Shown here piece by piece: positions 37,401-44,000 of a stretch of DNA of 64,000 bases. The translations under genes and the position numbers were made by a program. The notes under the pieces are model-generated. The model searched no databases. It was not told the origin of the DNA and saw only the letters and a program-made list of their open reading frames with translations. The DNA is taken from NCBI GenBank assembly GCA_964016885.1, contig OZ024744.1:136028001-136092000 (forward strand), given 5' to 3'. The DNA comes from Eledone cirrhosa. Taxonomy: Eukaryota. Within the stretch, counting starts at the first letter, position 1, and every line of letters starts with the position of its first letter.

Positions 37401-38082
37401 TCTACAGAATAGAAGTGGAGATCATGATAGAAGAAATAACATGAATCCAGAGGAGAGAGAAGCTTATCTACAGAATAGAAGAAGTGGAGATCATGATAGA
37501 AGAAATAACATGAATCCAGAGGAGAGAGAAGCTTCTCTACAGAATAGAAGTGGAGATCATGGTAGAAGAAATAACATGAATCCAGAGGAGAGAGAAGTTT
37601 ATCTACAGAATAGAAGTGGAGATCATGGTAGAAGAAATAACATGAATCCAGAGGAGAGAGAAGTTTATCTACAGAATAAAAGAAGTGGAGATCATGGTAG
37701 AAGAAATAACATGAATCCAGAGGAGAGAGAAGTTTATCTACAGAATAAAAGAAGTGGAGATCATGGTAGAAGAAATAACATGAATCCAGAGGAGATAGAG
37801 GCTTATCTACAGAATAGAAGTGGAAATCATGATAGAAGAAATAACATGAATCCAGAGGAGAGAGAAGCTTATCTACAGAATAGAAGTGGAGATCATGATA
37901 GAAGAAATAACATGAATCCAGAGGAGAGAGAAGCTTATCTACAGAATAGAAGTGGAGATCATGATAGAAGAAATAACATGAATCCAGAGGAGAGAGTGCT
38001 TATCTACAAGAATAGAAGTGGAGATCATGATAGAAGAAATAACATGAATCCAGAGGAGAGAGAAGTTTATCTACCAGAATAG
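13495..38082 (+). CDS. Open frame of 8195 aa made only of 22/23-aa STPR-like repeats; translation unproven
   Basis: No stop over 24.6 kb. The same peptide resumes at 38287-38991, 38988-52751, 52748-61180, 61177-62478 and after 62478. Openness may simply reflect amplification of a stop-free monomer. Confidence 0.3.
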   Translation: MNQEEREASLQNRSGDHDRRNNMNPEEREAYLQNRRSGDHDRRNNMNPEEREVYLQNRRSGDHDRRNNMNPEEREVYLQNRSGDHDRRNNMNPEEREAYLQNRRSGDHDRRNNMNPEEREASLQNRSGDHGRRNNMNPEEREVYLQNRRSGDHDRRNNRNPEEREVYLQNRSGDHGRRNNMNPEEREVYLQNKRSGDHGRINNMNPEEREVYLQIKRSGDHGRRNNMNPEEREAYLQNRSGNHDRRNNMNPEEREAYLQNRSGDHDRRNNMNPEEREAYLQNRSGDHDRRNNMNPEERVAYLQNRSEDHDRGNNMNPEEREVFLQNRRSGDHGRRNNMNPEEREVYLQNRSGDHDRRNNMNPEERVAYLQNRRSGDHDRRNNMNPEEREASLQNRSGDHGRRNNMNPEEREAYLQNRRSGDHDRRNNMNPEEREASLQNRSGDHGRRNNMNPEEREVYLQNRRSGDHDRRNNMNPEEREVYLQNRSGDHDRRNNMNPEEREAYLQNRRSGDHDRRNNMNPEEREASLQNRSGDHGRRNNMNPEEREVYLQNRSGDHGRRNNMNPEEREVYLQNKRSGDHGRRNNMNPEEREAYLQNRSGDHGRRNNMNPEEREVYLQNRRSGDHDRRNNRNPEEREVYLQNRSGDHGRRNNMNPEEREVYLQNKRSGDHGRRNNMNPEEREVHLQNKRSGDHGRRNNMNPEEREVYLQNRRSGDHDRRNNRNPEREVYRQNRSGDHGRRNNMNPEEREVYLQNKRSGDHGRRSNMNPEEREVYLQNKRSGDHGRRNNMNPEEREAYLQNRRSGDHDRRNNMNPEEREVYQQNRRSGDHDRRNNMNPEEREVYLQNRSGDHDRRNNMNPEEREAYLQNRRSGDHDRRNNMNPEEREVYLQNRRSGDHDRRNNMNPDEREASLQNRSGDHGRRNNMNPEEREVYLQNRSGDHGRRNNMNPEEREVYLQNKRSGDHGRRNNMNPAEREAYLQNRSGDHGRRNNMNPEEREVYLQNKRSGDHGRRNNMNPAEREAYLQNRSRDHGRRNNMNPEEREVFLQNRRSGDHGRRNNMNPEEREVYLQNRSGDHDRRNNMNPEEREAYLQNRRSGDHDRRNNMNPEEREASLQNRSGDHGRRNNMNPEEREVYLQNRSGDHGRRNNMNPEEREVYLQNKRSGDHGRRNNMNPEEREAYLQNRSGDHGRRNNMNPEEREVYLQNRRSGDHDRRNNRNPEEREVYLQNRSGDHGRRNNMNPEEREVYLQNKRSGDHGRRNNMNPEEREVHLQNKRSGDHGRRNNMNPEEREVYLQNRRSGDHDRRNNRNPEREVYRQNRSGDHGRRNNMNPEEREVYLQNKRSEDHGRRSNMNPEEREVYLQNKRSGDHGRRNNMNPEEREAYLQNRRSGDHDRRNNMNPEEREVYQQNRRSGDHDRRNNMNPEEREVYLQNRSGDHDRRNNMNPEEREAYLQNRRSGDHDRRNNMNPEEREVYLQNRRSGDHDRRNNMNPDEREASLQNRSGDHGRRNNMNPEEREVYLQNRSGDHGRRNNMNPEEREVYLQNKRSGDHGRRNNMNPAEREAYLQNRSGDHGRRNNMNPEEREVYLQNKRSGDHGRRNNMNPAEREAYLQNRSRDHGRRNNMNPEEREVFLQNRRSGDHGRRNNMNPEEREVYLQNRRSGDHDRRNNRNPEEREVYLQNRSGDHGRRKNINPEEREVYLQNKRSGDHGRRNNMNPEEREVYLQNKRSGDHGRRNNMNPEEREAYLQNRSGNHDRRNNMNPEEREAYLQNRSGDHDRRNNMNPEEREAYLQNRSGDHDRRNNMNPEERVAYLQNRSGDHDRRNNMNPEEREVFLQNRRSGDHGRRNNMNPEEREVYLQNRSGDHDRRNNMNPEEREAYLQNRRSGDHDRRNNMNPEEREASLQNRSGDHGRRNNMNPEEREAYLQTRRSGDHDRRNNMNPEEREASLQNRSGDHGRRNNMNPEEREVYLQNRRSGDHDRRNNMNPEEREVYLQNRSGDHDRRNNMNPEEREAYLQNRRSGDHDRRINMNPEEREASLQNRSGDHGRRNNMNPEEREVYLQNRSGDHGRRNNMNPEEREVYLQNKRSGDHGRRNNMNPEEREAYLQNRSGDHGRRNNMNPEEREVYLQNRSGDHDRRNNMNPEEREVYLQNRRSGDHDRRNNRNPEEREVYLQNRSGDHGRRNNMNPEEREVYLQNKRSGDHGRRNNMNPEEREVYLQNRSGDHGRRNNMNPEEREVYLQNRRSGDHDRRNNMNPEEREVYLQNRRSGDHDRRNNMNPEEREAYLQNRRSGDHDRRNNMNPEEREVYLQNRRSGDHDRRNNMNPEEREVYLQNRSGDHDRRNNMNPEERETYLQNRRSGDHDRRNNMNPEEREASLQNRSGDHGRRNNMNPEEREVYLQNRSGDHGRRNNMNPEEREVYLQNRRSGDHDRRNNMNPEEREASLQNRSGDHDRRNNMNPEEREVFLQNRRSGDHGRRNNMNPEEREVYLQNRSGDHDRRNNMNPEEREVYLQNRSGDHGRRNNMNPEEREVYLQNRRSGDHDRRNNMNPEEREASLQNRSGDHDRRNNMNPEEREVFLQNRRSGDHGRRNNMNPEEREVYLQNRSGDHDRRNNMNPEEREAYLQNRRSGDHDRRNNMNPEEREASLQNRSGDHGRRNNMNPEEREAYLQNRRSGDHDRRNNMNPEEREASLQNRSGDHGRRNNMNPEEREVYLQNRRSGDHDRRNNMNPEEREVYLQNRSGDHDRRNNMNPEEREAYLQNRRSGDHGRRNNMNPAEREAYLQNRSGDHGRRNNMNPEEREVFLQNRRSGDHGRRNNMNPEEREVYLQNRSGDHGKRNNMNPEEREAYLQNRSGDHGRRNNMNPEEREVYLQNRRSGDHDRRNNRNPEEREVYLQNRSGDHGRRNNMNPEEREVYLQNKRSGDHGRRNNMNPEEREVYLQNKRSGDHGRRNNMNPEEREGYLQNRSGNHDRRNNMNPEEREAYLQNRSGDHDRRNNMNPEEREAYLQNRSGDHDRRNNMNPEERVAYLQNRSGDHDRRNNMNPEEREVFLQNRRSGDHGRRNNMNPEEREVYLQNRSGDHDRRNNMNPEEREVYLQNKRSGDHGRRNNTNPEEREAYLQNRSGNHDRRNNMNPEEREAYLQNRSGDHDRGNNMNPEEREAYLQNRSGDHDRRNNMNPEERVAYLQNRSGDHDRRNNMNPEEREVFLQNRRSGDHGRRNNMNPEEREVYLQNRSGDHDRRNNMNPEERVAYLQNRRSGDHDRRNNMNPEEREASLQNRSGDHGRRNNMNPEEREAYLQNRRSGDHDRRNNMNPEEREASLQNRSGDHGRRNNMNPEEREVYLQNRRSGDHDRRNNMNPEEREVYLQNRSGDHDRRNNMNPEEREAYLQNRRSGDHDRRNNMNPEEREASLQNRSGDHGRRNNMNPEEREVYLQNRSGDHGRRNNMNPEEREVYLQNKRSGDHGRRNNMNPEEREAYLQNRSGDHGRRNNMNPEEREVYLQNRSGDHDRRNNMNPEEREVYLQNRRSGDHDRRNNRNPEEREVYLQNRSGDHGRRNNMNPEEREVYLQNKRSGDHGRRNNMNPEEREVYLQNRSGDHGRRNNMNPEEREVYLQNRRSGDHDRRNNMNPEEREVYLQNRSGDHDRRNNMNPEEREAYLQNRRSGDHDRRNNMNPEEREASLQNRSGDHGRRNNMNPEEREVYLENRSGDHGRRNNMNPEEREVYLQNKRSGDHGRRNNMNPAEREAYLQNRSGDHDRRNNMNPEEREVFLQNRRSGDHGRRNNMNPEEREVYLQNRSGDHDRRNNMNPEEREVYLQNKRSGDHGRRNNMNPEEREAYLQNRSGNHDRRNNMNPEEREAYLQNKRSGDHGRRNNMNPEEREVYLQNKRSGDHGRRNNMNPEEREAYLQNRSGNHDRRNNMNPEEREAYLQNRSGDHDRRNNMNPEEREAYLQNRSGDHDRRNNMNPEERVAYLQNRSGDHDRRNNMNPEEREVFLQNRRSGDHGRRNNMNPEEREVYLQNRSGDHDRRNNMNPEEREASLQNRSGDHGRRNNMNPEEREAYLQNRRSGDHDRRNNMNPEEREASLQNRSGDHGRRNNMNPEEREVYLQNRSGDHGRRNNMNPEEREVYLQNKRSGDHGRRNNMNPEEREVYLQNKRSGDHGRRNNMNPEEREVYLQNRRSGDHDRRNNMNPEEREVYLQNRRSGDHDRRNNRNPEEREVYLQNRSGDHGRRNNMNPEEREVYLQNKRSGDHGRRNNMNPEEREVYLQNKRSGDHGRRNNMNPEEREVYLQNRRSGDHDRRNNRNPEREVYLQNRSGDHGRRNNMNPEEREVYLQNKRSGDHGRRNNMNPEEREVYLQNKRSGDHGRRNNMNPEEREAYLQNRRSGDHDRRNNMNPEEREVYQQNRRSGDHDRRNNMNPEEREVYLQNRSGDHDRRNNMNPEEREGYLQNRRSGDHDRRNNMNPEEREVYLQNRRSGDHDRRNNMNPDEREASLQNRSGDHGRRNNMNPEEREVYLQNRSGDHGRRNNMNPAEREAYLQNRSGDHGRRNNMNPEEREVYLQNKRSGDHGRRNNMNPAEREAYLQNRSRDHGRRNNMNPEEREVFLQNRRSGDHGRRNNMNPEEREVYLQNRRSGDHDRRNNRNPEEREVYLQNRSGDHGRRNNMNPEEREVYLQNKRSGDHGRRNNMNPEEREVYLQNKRSGDHGRRNNMNPEEREAYLQNRSGNHDRRNNMNPEEREAYLQNRSGDHDRRNNMNPEEREAYLQNRSGDHDRRNNMNPEERVAYLQNRSGDHDRRNNMNPEEREVFLQNRRSGDHGRRNNMNPEEREVYLQNRSGDHDRRNNMNPEEREAYLQNRRSGDHDRRNNMNPEEREASLQNRSGDHGRRNNMNPEEREAYLQNRRSGDHDRRNNMNPEEREASLQNRSGDHGRRNNMNPEEREVYLQNRRSGDHDRRNNMNPEEREAYLQNRRSGDHDRRNNMNPEEREASLQNRSGDHGRRNNMNPEEREVYLQNRSGDHGRRNNMNPEEREVYLQNKRSGDHGRRNNMNPEEREAYLQNRSGDHGRRNNMNPEEREVYLQNRSGDHDRRNNMNPEEREVYLQNRRSGDHDRRNNRNPEEREVYLQNRSGDHGRRNNMNPEEREVYLQNKRSGDHGRRNNMNPEEREVYLQNRSGDHGRRNNMNPEEREVYLQNRRSGDHDRRNNMNPEEREVYLHNRRSGDHDRRNNMNPEEREAYLQNRRSGDHDRRNNMNPEEREVYLQNRRSGDHDRRNNMNPEEREVYLQNRSGDHDRRNNMNPEEREAYLQNRRSGDHDRRNNMNPEERGVYLHNRRSGDHGRRNNMNPEEREVFLQNRRSGDHGRRNNMNPEEREVYLQNRSGDHGKRNNMNPEEREAYLQNRSGDHGRRNNMNPEEREVYLQNKRSGDHGRRNNMNPEEREVYLQNKRSGDHGRRNNMNPEEREAYLQNRSGDHGRRNNMNPEEREVYLQNKRSGDHGRRNNMNPAEREAYLQNRSGDHGRRNNMNPEEREVYLQNRRSGDHDRRNNRNPEEREVYLQNRSGDHGRRNNMNPEEREVYLQNKRSGDHGRRNNMNPEEREVYLQNKRSGDHGRRNNMNPEEREAYLQNRSGNHERRNNMNPEEREAYLQNRSGDHDRRNNMNPEEREAYLQNRSGDHDRRNNMNPEERVAYLQNRSGDHDRRNNMNPEEREVFLQNRRSGDHGRRNNMNPEEREVYLQNRSGDHDRRNNMNPEEREVYLQNKRSGDHGRRNNTNPEEREAYLQNRSGNHDRRNNMNPEEREAYLQNRSGDHDRRNNMNPEEREAYLQNRSGDHDRRNNMNPEERVAYLQNRSGDHDRRNNMNPEEREVFLQNRRSGDHGRRNNMNPEEREVYLQNRSGDHDRRNNMNPEEREAYLQNRRSGDHDRRNNMNPEEREASLQNRSGDHGRRNNMNPEEREAYLQNRRSGDHDRRNNMNPEEREASLQNRSGDHGRRNNMNPEEREVYLQNRRSGDHDRRNNMNPEEREVYLQNRSGDHDRRNNMNPEEREAYLQNRRSGDHDRRNNMNPEEREASLQNRSGDHGRRNNMNPEEREVYLQNRSGDHGRRNNMNPEEREVYLQNKRSGDHGRRNNMNPEEREAYLQNRSGDHGRRNNMNPEEREVYLQNRSGDHDRRNNMNPEEREVYLQNRRSGDHDRRNNRNPEEREVYLQNRSGDHGRRNNMNPEEREVYLQNKRSGDHGRRNNMNPEEREVYLQNRSGDHGRRNNMNPEEREVYLQNRRSGDHDRRNNMNPEEREVYLQNRRSGDHDRRNNMNPEEREVYLQNRSGDHDRRNNMNPEEREAYLQNRRSGHHDRRNNMNPEEREASLQNRSGDHGRRNNMNPEEREVYLQNRSGDHGRRNNMNPEEREVYLQNRSGDHDRRNNMNPEEREVFLQNRRSGDHGRRNNMNPEEREVYLQNRSGDHDRRNNMNPEEREVYLQNKRSGDHGRRNNMNPEEREAYLQNRSGNHDRRNNMNPEEREAYLQNKRSGDHGRRNNMNPEEREVYLQNKRSGDHGRRNNMNPEEREVYLQNRSGNHDRRNNMNPEEREAYLQNRSGDHDRRNNMNPEEREAYLQNRSGDHDRRNNMNPEERVAYLQNRSGDHDRRNNMNPEEREVYLQNKRSGDHDRRNNINPEEREVYLQNRRSGDHDRRNNMNPEEREASLQNRSGDHGRRNNMNPEEREVFLQNRRSGDHGRRNNMNPEEREVYLQNRSGDHDRRNNMNPEEREAYLQNRRSGDHDRRNNMNPEEREASLQNRSGDHGRRNNMNPEEREAYLQNRRSGDHDRRNNMNPEEREASLQNRSGDHGRRNNMNPEEREVYLQNRRSGDHDRRNNMNPEEREVYLQNRSGDHDRRNNMNPEEREAYLQNRRSGDHDRRNNMNPEEREASLQNRSGDHGRRNNMNPEEREVYLQNRSGDHGRRNNMNPEEREVYLQNKRSGDHGRRNNMNPEERQAYLQNRSGDHGRRNNMNPEEREVYLQNRSGDHGRRNNMNPEEREVYLQNRRSGDHDRRNNMNPEEREVYLQNRSGDHDRRNNMNPEEREAYLQNRRSGDHDRRNNMNPEEREASLQNRSGDHGRRNNMNPEEREVYLQNRRSGDHDRRNNMNPEEREVYLQNRRSGDHDRRNNMNPEEREAYLQNRRSGDHDRRNNMNPEEREVYLQNRRSGDHDRRNNMNPEEREVYLQNRSGDHDRRNNMNPEEREAYLQNRRSGDHDRRNNMNPEEREASLQNRSGDHGRRNNMNPEEREVYLQNRSGDHGRRNNMNPEEREVYLQNKRSGDHGRRNNMNPEEREVYLQNKRSGDHSRRNNMNPEEREAYLQNRSGNHDRRNNMNPEEREAYLQNRSGDHDRRNNMNPEEREAYLQNRSGDHDRRNNMNPEERVAYLQNRSGDHDRRNNMNPEEREAYLQNRSGDHDRRNNMNPEERVAYLQNRSGDHDRRNNMNPEEREVFLQNRRSGDHGRRNNMNPEEREVYLQNRSGDHDRRNNMNPEEREVYLQNKRSGDHGRRNNMNPEEREVYLQNRRSGDHDRRNNMNPEEREVYLQNRSGDHDRRNNMNPEEREAYLQNRRSGDHDRRNNMNPEEREASLQNRSGDHGRRNNMNPEEREVYLQNRSGDHGRRNNMNPEEREVYLQNKRSGDHGRRNNMNPEEREVYLQNRRSGDHDRRNNRNPEEREVYLQNRSGDHGRRNNMNPEEREVYLQNKRSGDHGRRNNMNPEEREVYLQNKRSGDHGRRNNMNPEEREAYLQNRRSGDHDRRNNMNPEEREASLQNRSGDHGRRNNMNPEEREVYLQNKRSGDHGRRNNMNPEEREVYLQNRSGDHGRRNNMNPEEREVYLQNKRSGDHDRRNNMNPEEREVYLQNRRSGDHDRRNNMNPEEREVYLQNRRSGDHDRRNNMNPEEREAYLQNRRSGDHDRRNNMNPEEREVYLQNRRSGDHDRRNNMNPEEREVYLQNRSGDHDRRNNMNPEEREAYLQNRRSGDHDRRNNMNPEEREASLQNRSGDHGRRNNMNPEEREVYLQNRSGDHGRRNNMNPEEREVYLQNKRSGDHGRRNNMNPEEREVYLQNKRSGDHGRRNNMNPEEIEAYLQNRSGNHDRRNNMNPEEREAYLQNRSGDHDRRNNMNPEEREAYLQNRSGDHDRRNNMNPEERVLIYKNRSGDHDRRNNMNPEEREVYLPE

Positions 38083-41000
38083 AAGTGGAGATCATGATAG
38101 AAGAAATAACATGAATCCAGAGGAGAGAGTTAGCTTATCTACAGAATAGAAGTGGAGATCATGATAGAAGAAATAACATGAATCCAGAGGAGAGAGAAGT
38201 ATTTCTACAGAATAGAAGAAGTGGAGATCATGGTAGAAGAAATAACATGAATCCAGAGGAGAGAGAAGTTTATCTACAGAATAGAAGTGGAGATCATGTT
38301 AGAAGAAATACATAATCCAGAGGAGAGAGAAGTTTATCTACAGAATAAAAGAAGTGGAGATCATGGTAGAAGAAATAACATGAATCCAGAGGAGAGAGAA
38401 GTTTATCTACAGAATAGAAGAAGTGGAGATCATGATAGAAGAAATAACATGAATCCAGAGGAGAGAGAAGTTTATCTACAGAATAGAAGTGGAGATCATG
38501 ATAGAAGAAATAACATGAATCCAGAGGAGAGAGAAGCTTATCTACAGAATAGAAGAAGTGGAGATCATGATAGAAGAAATAACATGAATCCAGAGGAGAG
38601 AGAAGCTTCTCTACAGAATAGAAGTGGAGATCATGGTAGAAGAAATAACATGAATCCAGAGGAGAGAGAAGTTTATCTACAGAATAGAAGTGGAGATCAT
38701 GGTAGAAGAAATAACATGAATCCAGAGGAGAGAGAAGTTTATCTACAGAATAAAAGAAGTGGAGATCATGGTAGAAGAAATAACATGAATCCAGAGGAGA
38801 GAGAAGTTTATCTACAGAATAGAAGAAGTGGAGATCATGACAGAAGAAATAACAGGAATCCAGAGGAGAGAGAAGTTTATCTACAGAATAGAAGTGGAGA
38901 TCATGGTAGAAGAAATAACATGAATCCAGAGGAGAGAGATGTTTATCTACAGAATAAAGAAGTGGAGATCATGGTAGAAGAAATAACATGAATCCAGAGG
39001 AGAGAGAAGTTTATCTACAGAATAAAAGAAGTGGAGATCATGGTAGAAGAAATAACATGAATCCAGAGGAGAGAGAAGCTTATCTACAGAATAGAAGAAG
39101 TGGAGATCATGATAGAAGAAATAACATGAATCCAGAGGAGAGAGAAGCTTCTCTACAGAATAGAAGTGGAGATCATGGTAGAAGAAATAACATGAATCCA
39201 GAGGAGAGAGAAGTTTATCTACAGAATAAAAGAAGTGGAGATCATGGTAGAAGAAATAACATGAATCCAGAGGAGAGAGAAGTTTATCTACAGAATAGAA
39301 GTGGAGATCATGGTAGAAGAAATAACATGAATCCAGAGGAGAGAGAAGTTTATCTACAGAATAAAAGAAGTGGAGATCATGATAGAAGAAATAACATGAA
39401 TCCAGAGGAGAGAGAAGTTTATCTACAGAATAGAAGAAGTGGAGATCATGATAGAAGAAATAACATGAATCCAGAGGAGAGAGAAGCTTATCTACAGAAT
39501 AGAAGAAGTGGAGATCATGATAGAAGAAATAACATGAATCCAGAGGAGAGAGAAGTTTATCTACGGAATAGAAGAAGTGGAGATCATGATAGAAGAAATA
39601 ACATGAATCCAGAGGAGAGAGAAGTTTATCTACAGAATAGAAGTGGAGATCATGATAGAAGAAATAACATGAATCCAGAGGAGAGAGAAGCTTATCTACA
39701 GAATAGAAGAAGTGGAGATCATGATAGAAGAAATAACATGAATCCAGAGGAGAGAGAAGCTTCTCTACAGAATAGAAGTGGAGATCATGGTAGAAGAAAT
39801 AACATGAATCCAGAGGAGAGAGAAGTTTATCTACAGAATAGAAGTGGAGATCATGGTAGAAGAAATAACATGAATCCAGAGGAGAGAGAAGTTTATCTAC
39901 AGAATAAAAGAAGTGGAGATCATGGTAGAAGAAATAACATGAATCCAGCGGAGAGAGAAGCTTATCTACAGAATAGAAGTGGAGATCATGGTAGAAGAAA
40001 TAACATGAATCCAGAGGAGAGAGAAGTTTATCTACAGAATAAAAGAAGTGGAGATCATGGTAGAAGAAATAACATGAATCCAGCGGAGAGAGAAGCTTAT
40101 CTACAGAATAGAAGTGGAGATCATGGTAGAAGAAATAACATGAATCCAGAGGAGAGAGAAGTATTTCTACAGAATAGAAGAAGTGGAGATCATGGTAGAA
40201 GAAATAACATGAATCCAGAGGAGAGAGAAGTTTATCTACAGAATAGAAGAAGTGGAGATCATGACAGAAGAAATAACAGGAATCCAGAGGAGAGAGAAGT
40301 TTATCTACAGAATAGAAGTGGAGATCATGGTAGAAGAAATAACATGAATCCAGAGGAGAGAGAAGTTTATCTACAGAATAAAAGAAGTGGAGATCATGGT
40401 AGAAGAAATAACATGAATCCAGAGGAGAGAGAAGTTTATCTACAGAATAAAAGAAGTGGAGATCATGGTAGAAGAAATAACATGAATCCAGAGGAGAGAG
40501 AGGCTTATCTACAGAATAGAAGTGGAAATCATGATAGAAGAAATAACATGAATCCAGAGGAGAGAGAAGTTTATCTACAGAATAAAAGAAGTGGAGATCA
40601 TGGTAGAAGAAATAACATGAATCCAGAGGAGAGACAAGTTTATCTACAGAATAAAAGTGGAGATCATGGTAGAAGAAATAACATGAATCCAGAGGAGAGA
40701 GAAGTTTATCTACAGAATAAAAGAAGTGGAGATCATGGTAGAAGAAATAACATGAATCCAGAGGAGAGAGAAGTTTATCTACAGAATAGAAGTGGAGATC
40801 ATGGTAGAAGAAATAACATGAATCCAGAGGAGAGAGAAGTTTATCTACAGAATAGAAGAAGTGGAGATCATGATAGAAGAAATAACATGAATCCAGAGGA
40901 GAGAGAAGTTTATCTACAGAATAGAAGAAGTGGAGATCATGATAGAAGAAATAACATGAATCCAGAGGAGAGAGAAGCTTATCTACAGAATAGAAGAAGT

Positions 41001-44000
41001 GGAGATCATGATAGAAGAAATAACATGAATCCAGAGGAGAGAGAAGTTTATCTACAGAATAGAAGAAGTGGAGATCATGATAGAAGAAATAACATGAATC
41101 CAGAGGAGAGAGAAGTTTATCTACAGAATAGAAGTGGAGATCATGATAGAAGAAATAACATGAATCCAGAGGAGAGAGAAGCTTATCTACAGAATAGAAG
41201 AAGTGGAGATCATGATAGAAGAAATAACATGAATCCAGAGGAGAGAGAAGCTTCTCAACAGAATAGAAGTGGAGATCATGGTAGAAGAAATAACATGAAT
41301 CCAGAGGAGAGAGAAGTTTATCTACAGAATAGAAGTGGAGATCATGGTAGAAGAAATAACATGAATCCAGAGGAGAGAGAAGTTTATCTACAGAATAAAA
41401 GAAGTGGAGATCATGGTAGAAGAAATAACATGAATCCAGAGGAGAGAGAAGTTTATCTACAGAATAAAAGAAGTGGAGATCATGGTAGAAGAAATAACAT
41501 GAATCCAGAGGAGAGAGAGGCTTATCTACAGAATAGAAGTGGAAATCATGATAGAAGAAATAACATGAATCCAGAGGAGAGAGAAGCTTATCTACAGAAT
41601 AGAAGTGGAGATCATGATAGAAGAAATAACATGAATCCAGAGGAGAGAGAAGCTTATCTACAGAATAGAAGTGGAGATCATGATAGAAGAAATAACATGA
41701 ATCCAGAGGAGAGAGTAGCTTATCTACAGAATAGAAGTGGAGATCATGATAGAAGAAATAACATGAATCCAGAGGAGAGAGAAGCTTATCTACAGAATAG
41801 AAGTGGAGATCATGATAGAAGAAATAACATGAATCCAGAGGAGAGAGTAGCTTATCTACAGAATAGAAGTGGAGATCATGATAGAAGAAATAACATGAAT
41901 CCAGAGGAGAGAGAAGTATTTCTACAGAATAGAAGAAGTGGAGATCATGGTAGAAGAAATAACATGAATCCAGAGGAGAGAGAAGTTTATCTACAGAATA
42001 GAAGTGGAGATCATGATAGAAGAAATAACATGAATCCAGAGGAGAGAGAAGTTTATCTACAGAATAAAAGAAGTGGAGATCATGGTAGAAGAAATAACAT
42101 GAATCCAGAGGAGAGAGAAGTTTATCTACAGAATAGAAGAAGTGGAGATCATGATAGAAGAAATAACATGAATCCAGAGGAGAGAGAAGTTTATCTACAG
42201 AATAGAAGTGGAGATCATGATAGAAGAAATAACATGAATCCAGAGGAGAGAGAAGCTTATCTACAGAATAGAAGAAGTGGAGATCATGATAGAAGAAATA
42301 ACATGAATCCAGAGGAGAGAGAAGCTTCTCTACAGAATAGAAGTGGAGATCATGGTAGAAGAAATAACATGAATCCAGAGGAGAGAGAAGTTTATCTACA
42401 GAATAGAAGTGGAGATCATGGTAGAAGAAATAACATGAATCCAGAGGAGAGAGAAGTTTATCTACAGAATAAAAGAAGTGGAGATCATGGTAGAAGAAAT
42501 AACATGAATCCAGAGGAGAGAGAAGTTTATCTACAGAATAGAAGAAGTGGAGATCATGACAGAAGAAATAACAGGAATCCAGAGGAGAGAGAAGTTTATC
42601 TACAGAATAGAAGTGGAGATCATGGTAGAAGAAATAACATGAATCCAGAGGAGAGAGAAGTTTATCTACAGAATAAAAGAAGTGGAGATCATGGTAGAAG
42701 AAATAACATGAATCCAGAGGAGAGAGAAGTTTATCTACAGAATAAAAGAAGTGGAGATCATGGTAGAAGAAATAACATGAATCCAGAGGAGAGAGAAGCT
42801 TATCTACAGAATAGAAGAAGTGGAGATCATGATAGAAGAAATAACATGAATCCAGAGGAGAGAGAAGCTTCTCTACAGAATAGAAGTGGAGATCATGGTA
42901 GAAGAAATAACATGAATCCAGAGGAGAGAGAAGTTTATCTACAGAATAAAAGAAGTGGAGATCATGGTAGAAGAAATAACATGAATCCAGAGGAGAGAGA
43001 AGTTTATCTACAGAATAGAAGTGGAGATCATGGTAGAAGAAATAACATGAATCCAGAGGAGAGAGAAGTTTATCTACAGAATAAAAGAAGTGGAGATCAT
43101 GATAGAAGAAATAACATGAATCCAGAGGAGAGAGAAGTTTATCTACAGAATAGAAGAAGTGGAGATCATGATAGAAGAAATAACATGAATCCAGAGGAGA
43201 GAGAAGCTTATCTACAGAATAGAAGAAGTGGAGATCATGATAGAAGAAATAACATGAATCCAGAGGAGAGAGAAGTTTATCTACGGAATAGAAGAAGTGG
43301 AGATCATGATAGAAGAAATAACATGAATCCAGAGGAGAGAGAAGTTTATCTACAGAATAGAAGTGGAGATCATGATAGAAGAAATAACATGAATCCAGAG
43401 GAGAGAGAAGCTTATCTACAGAATAGAAGAAGTGGAGATCATGATAGAAGAAATAACATGAATCCAGAGGAGAGAGAAGCTTCTCTACAGAATAGAAGTG
43501 GAGATCATGGTAGAAGAAATAACATGAATCCAGAGGAGAGAGAAGTTTATCTACAGAATAGAAGTGGAGATCATGGTAGAAGAAATAACATGAATCCAGA
43601 GGAGAGAGAAGTTTATCTACAGAATAAAAGAAGTGGAGATCATGGTAGAAGAAATAACATGAATCCAGCGGAGAGAGAAGCTTATCTACAGAATAGAAGT
43701 GGAGATCATGGTAGAAGAAATAACATGAATCCAGAGGAGAGAGAAGTTTATCTACAGAATAAAAGAAGTGGAGATCATGGTAGAAGAAATAACATGAATC
43801 CAGCGGAGAGAGAAGCTTATCTACAGAATAGAAGTGGAGATCATGGTAGAAGAAATAACATGAATCCAGAGGAGAGAGAAGTATTTCTACAGAATAGAAG
43901 AAGTGGAGATCATGGTAGAAGAAATAACATGAATCCAGAGGAGAGAGAAGTTTATCTACAGAATAGAAGAAGTGGAGATCATGACAGAAGAAATAACAGG

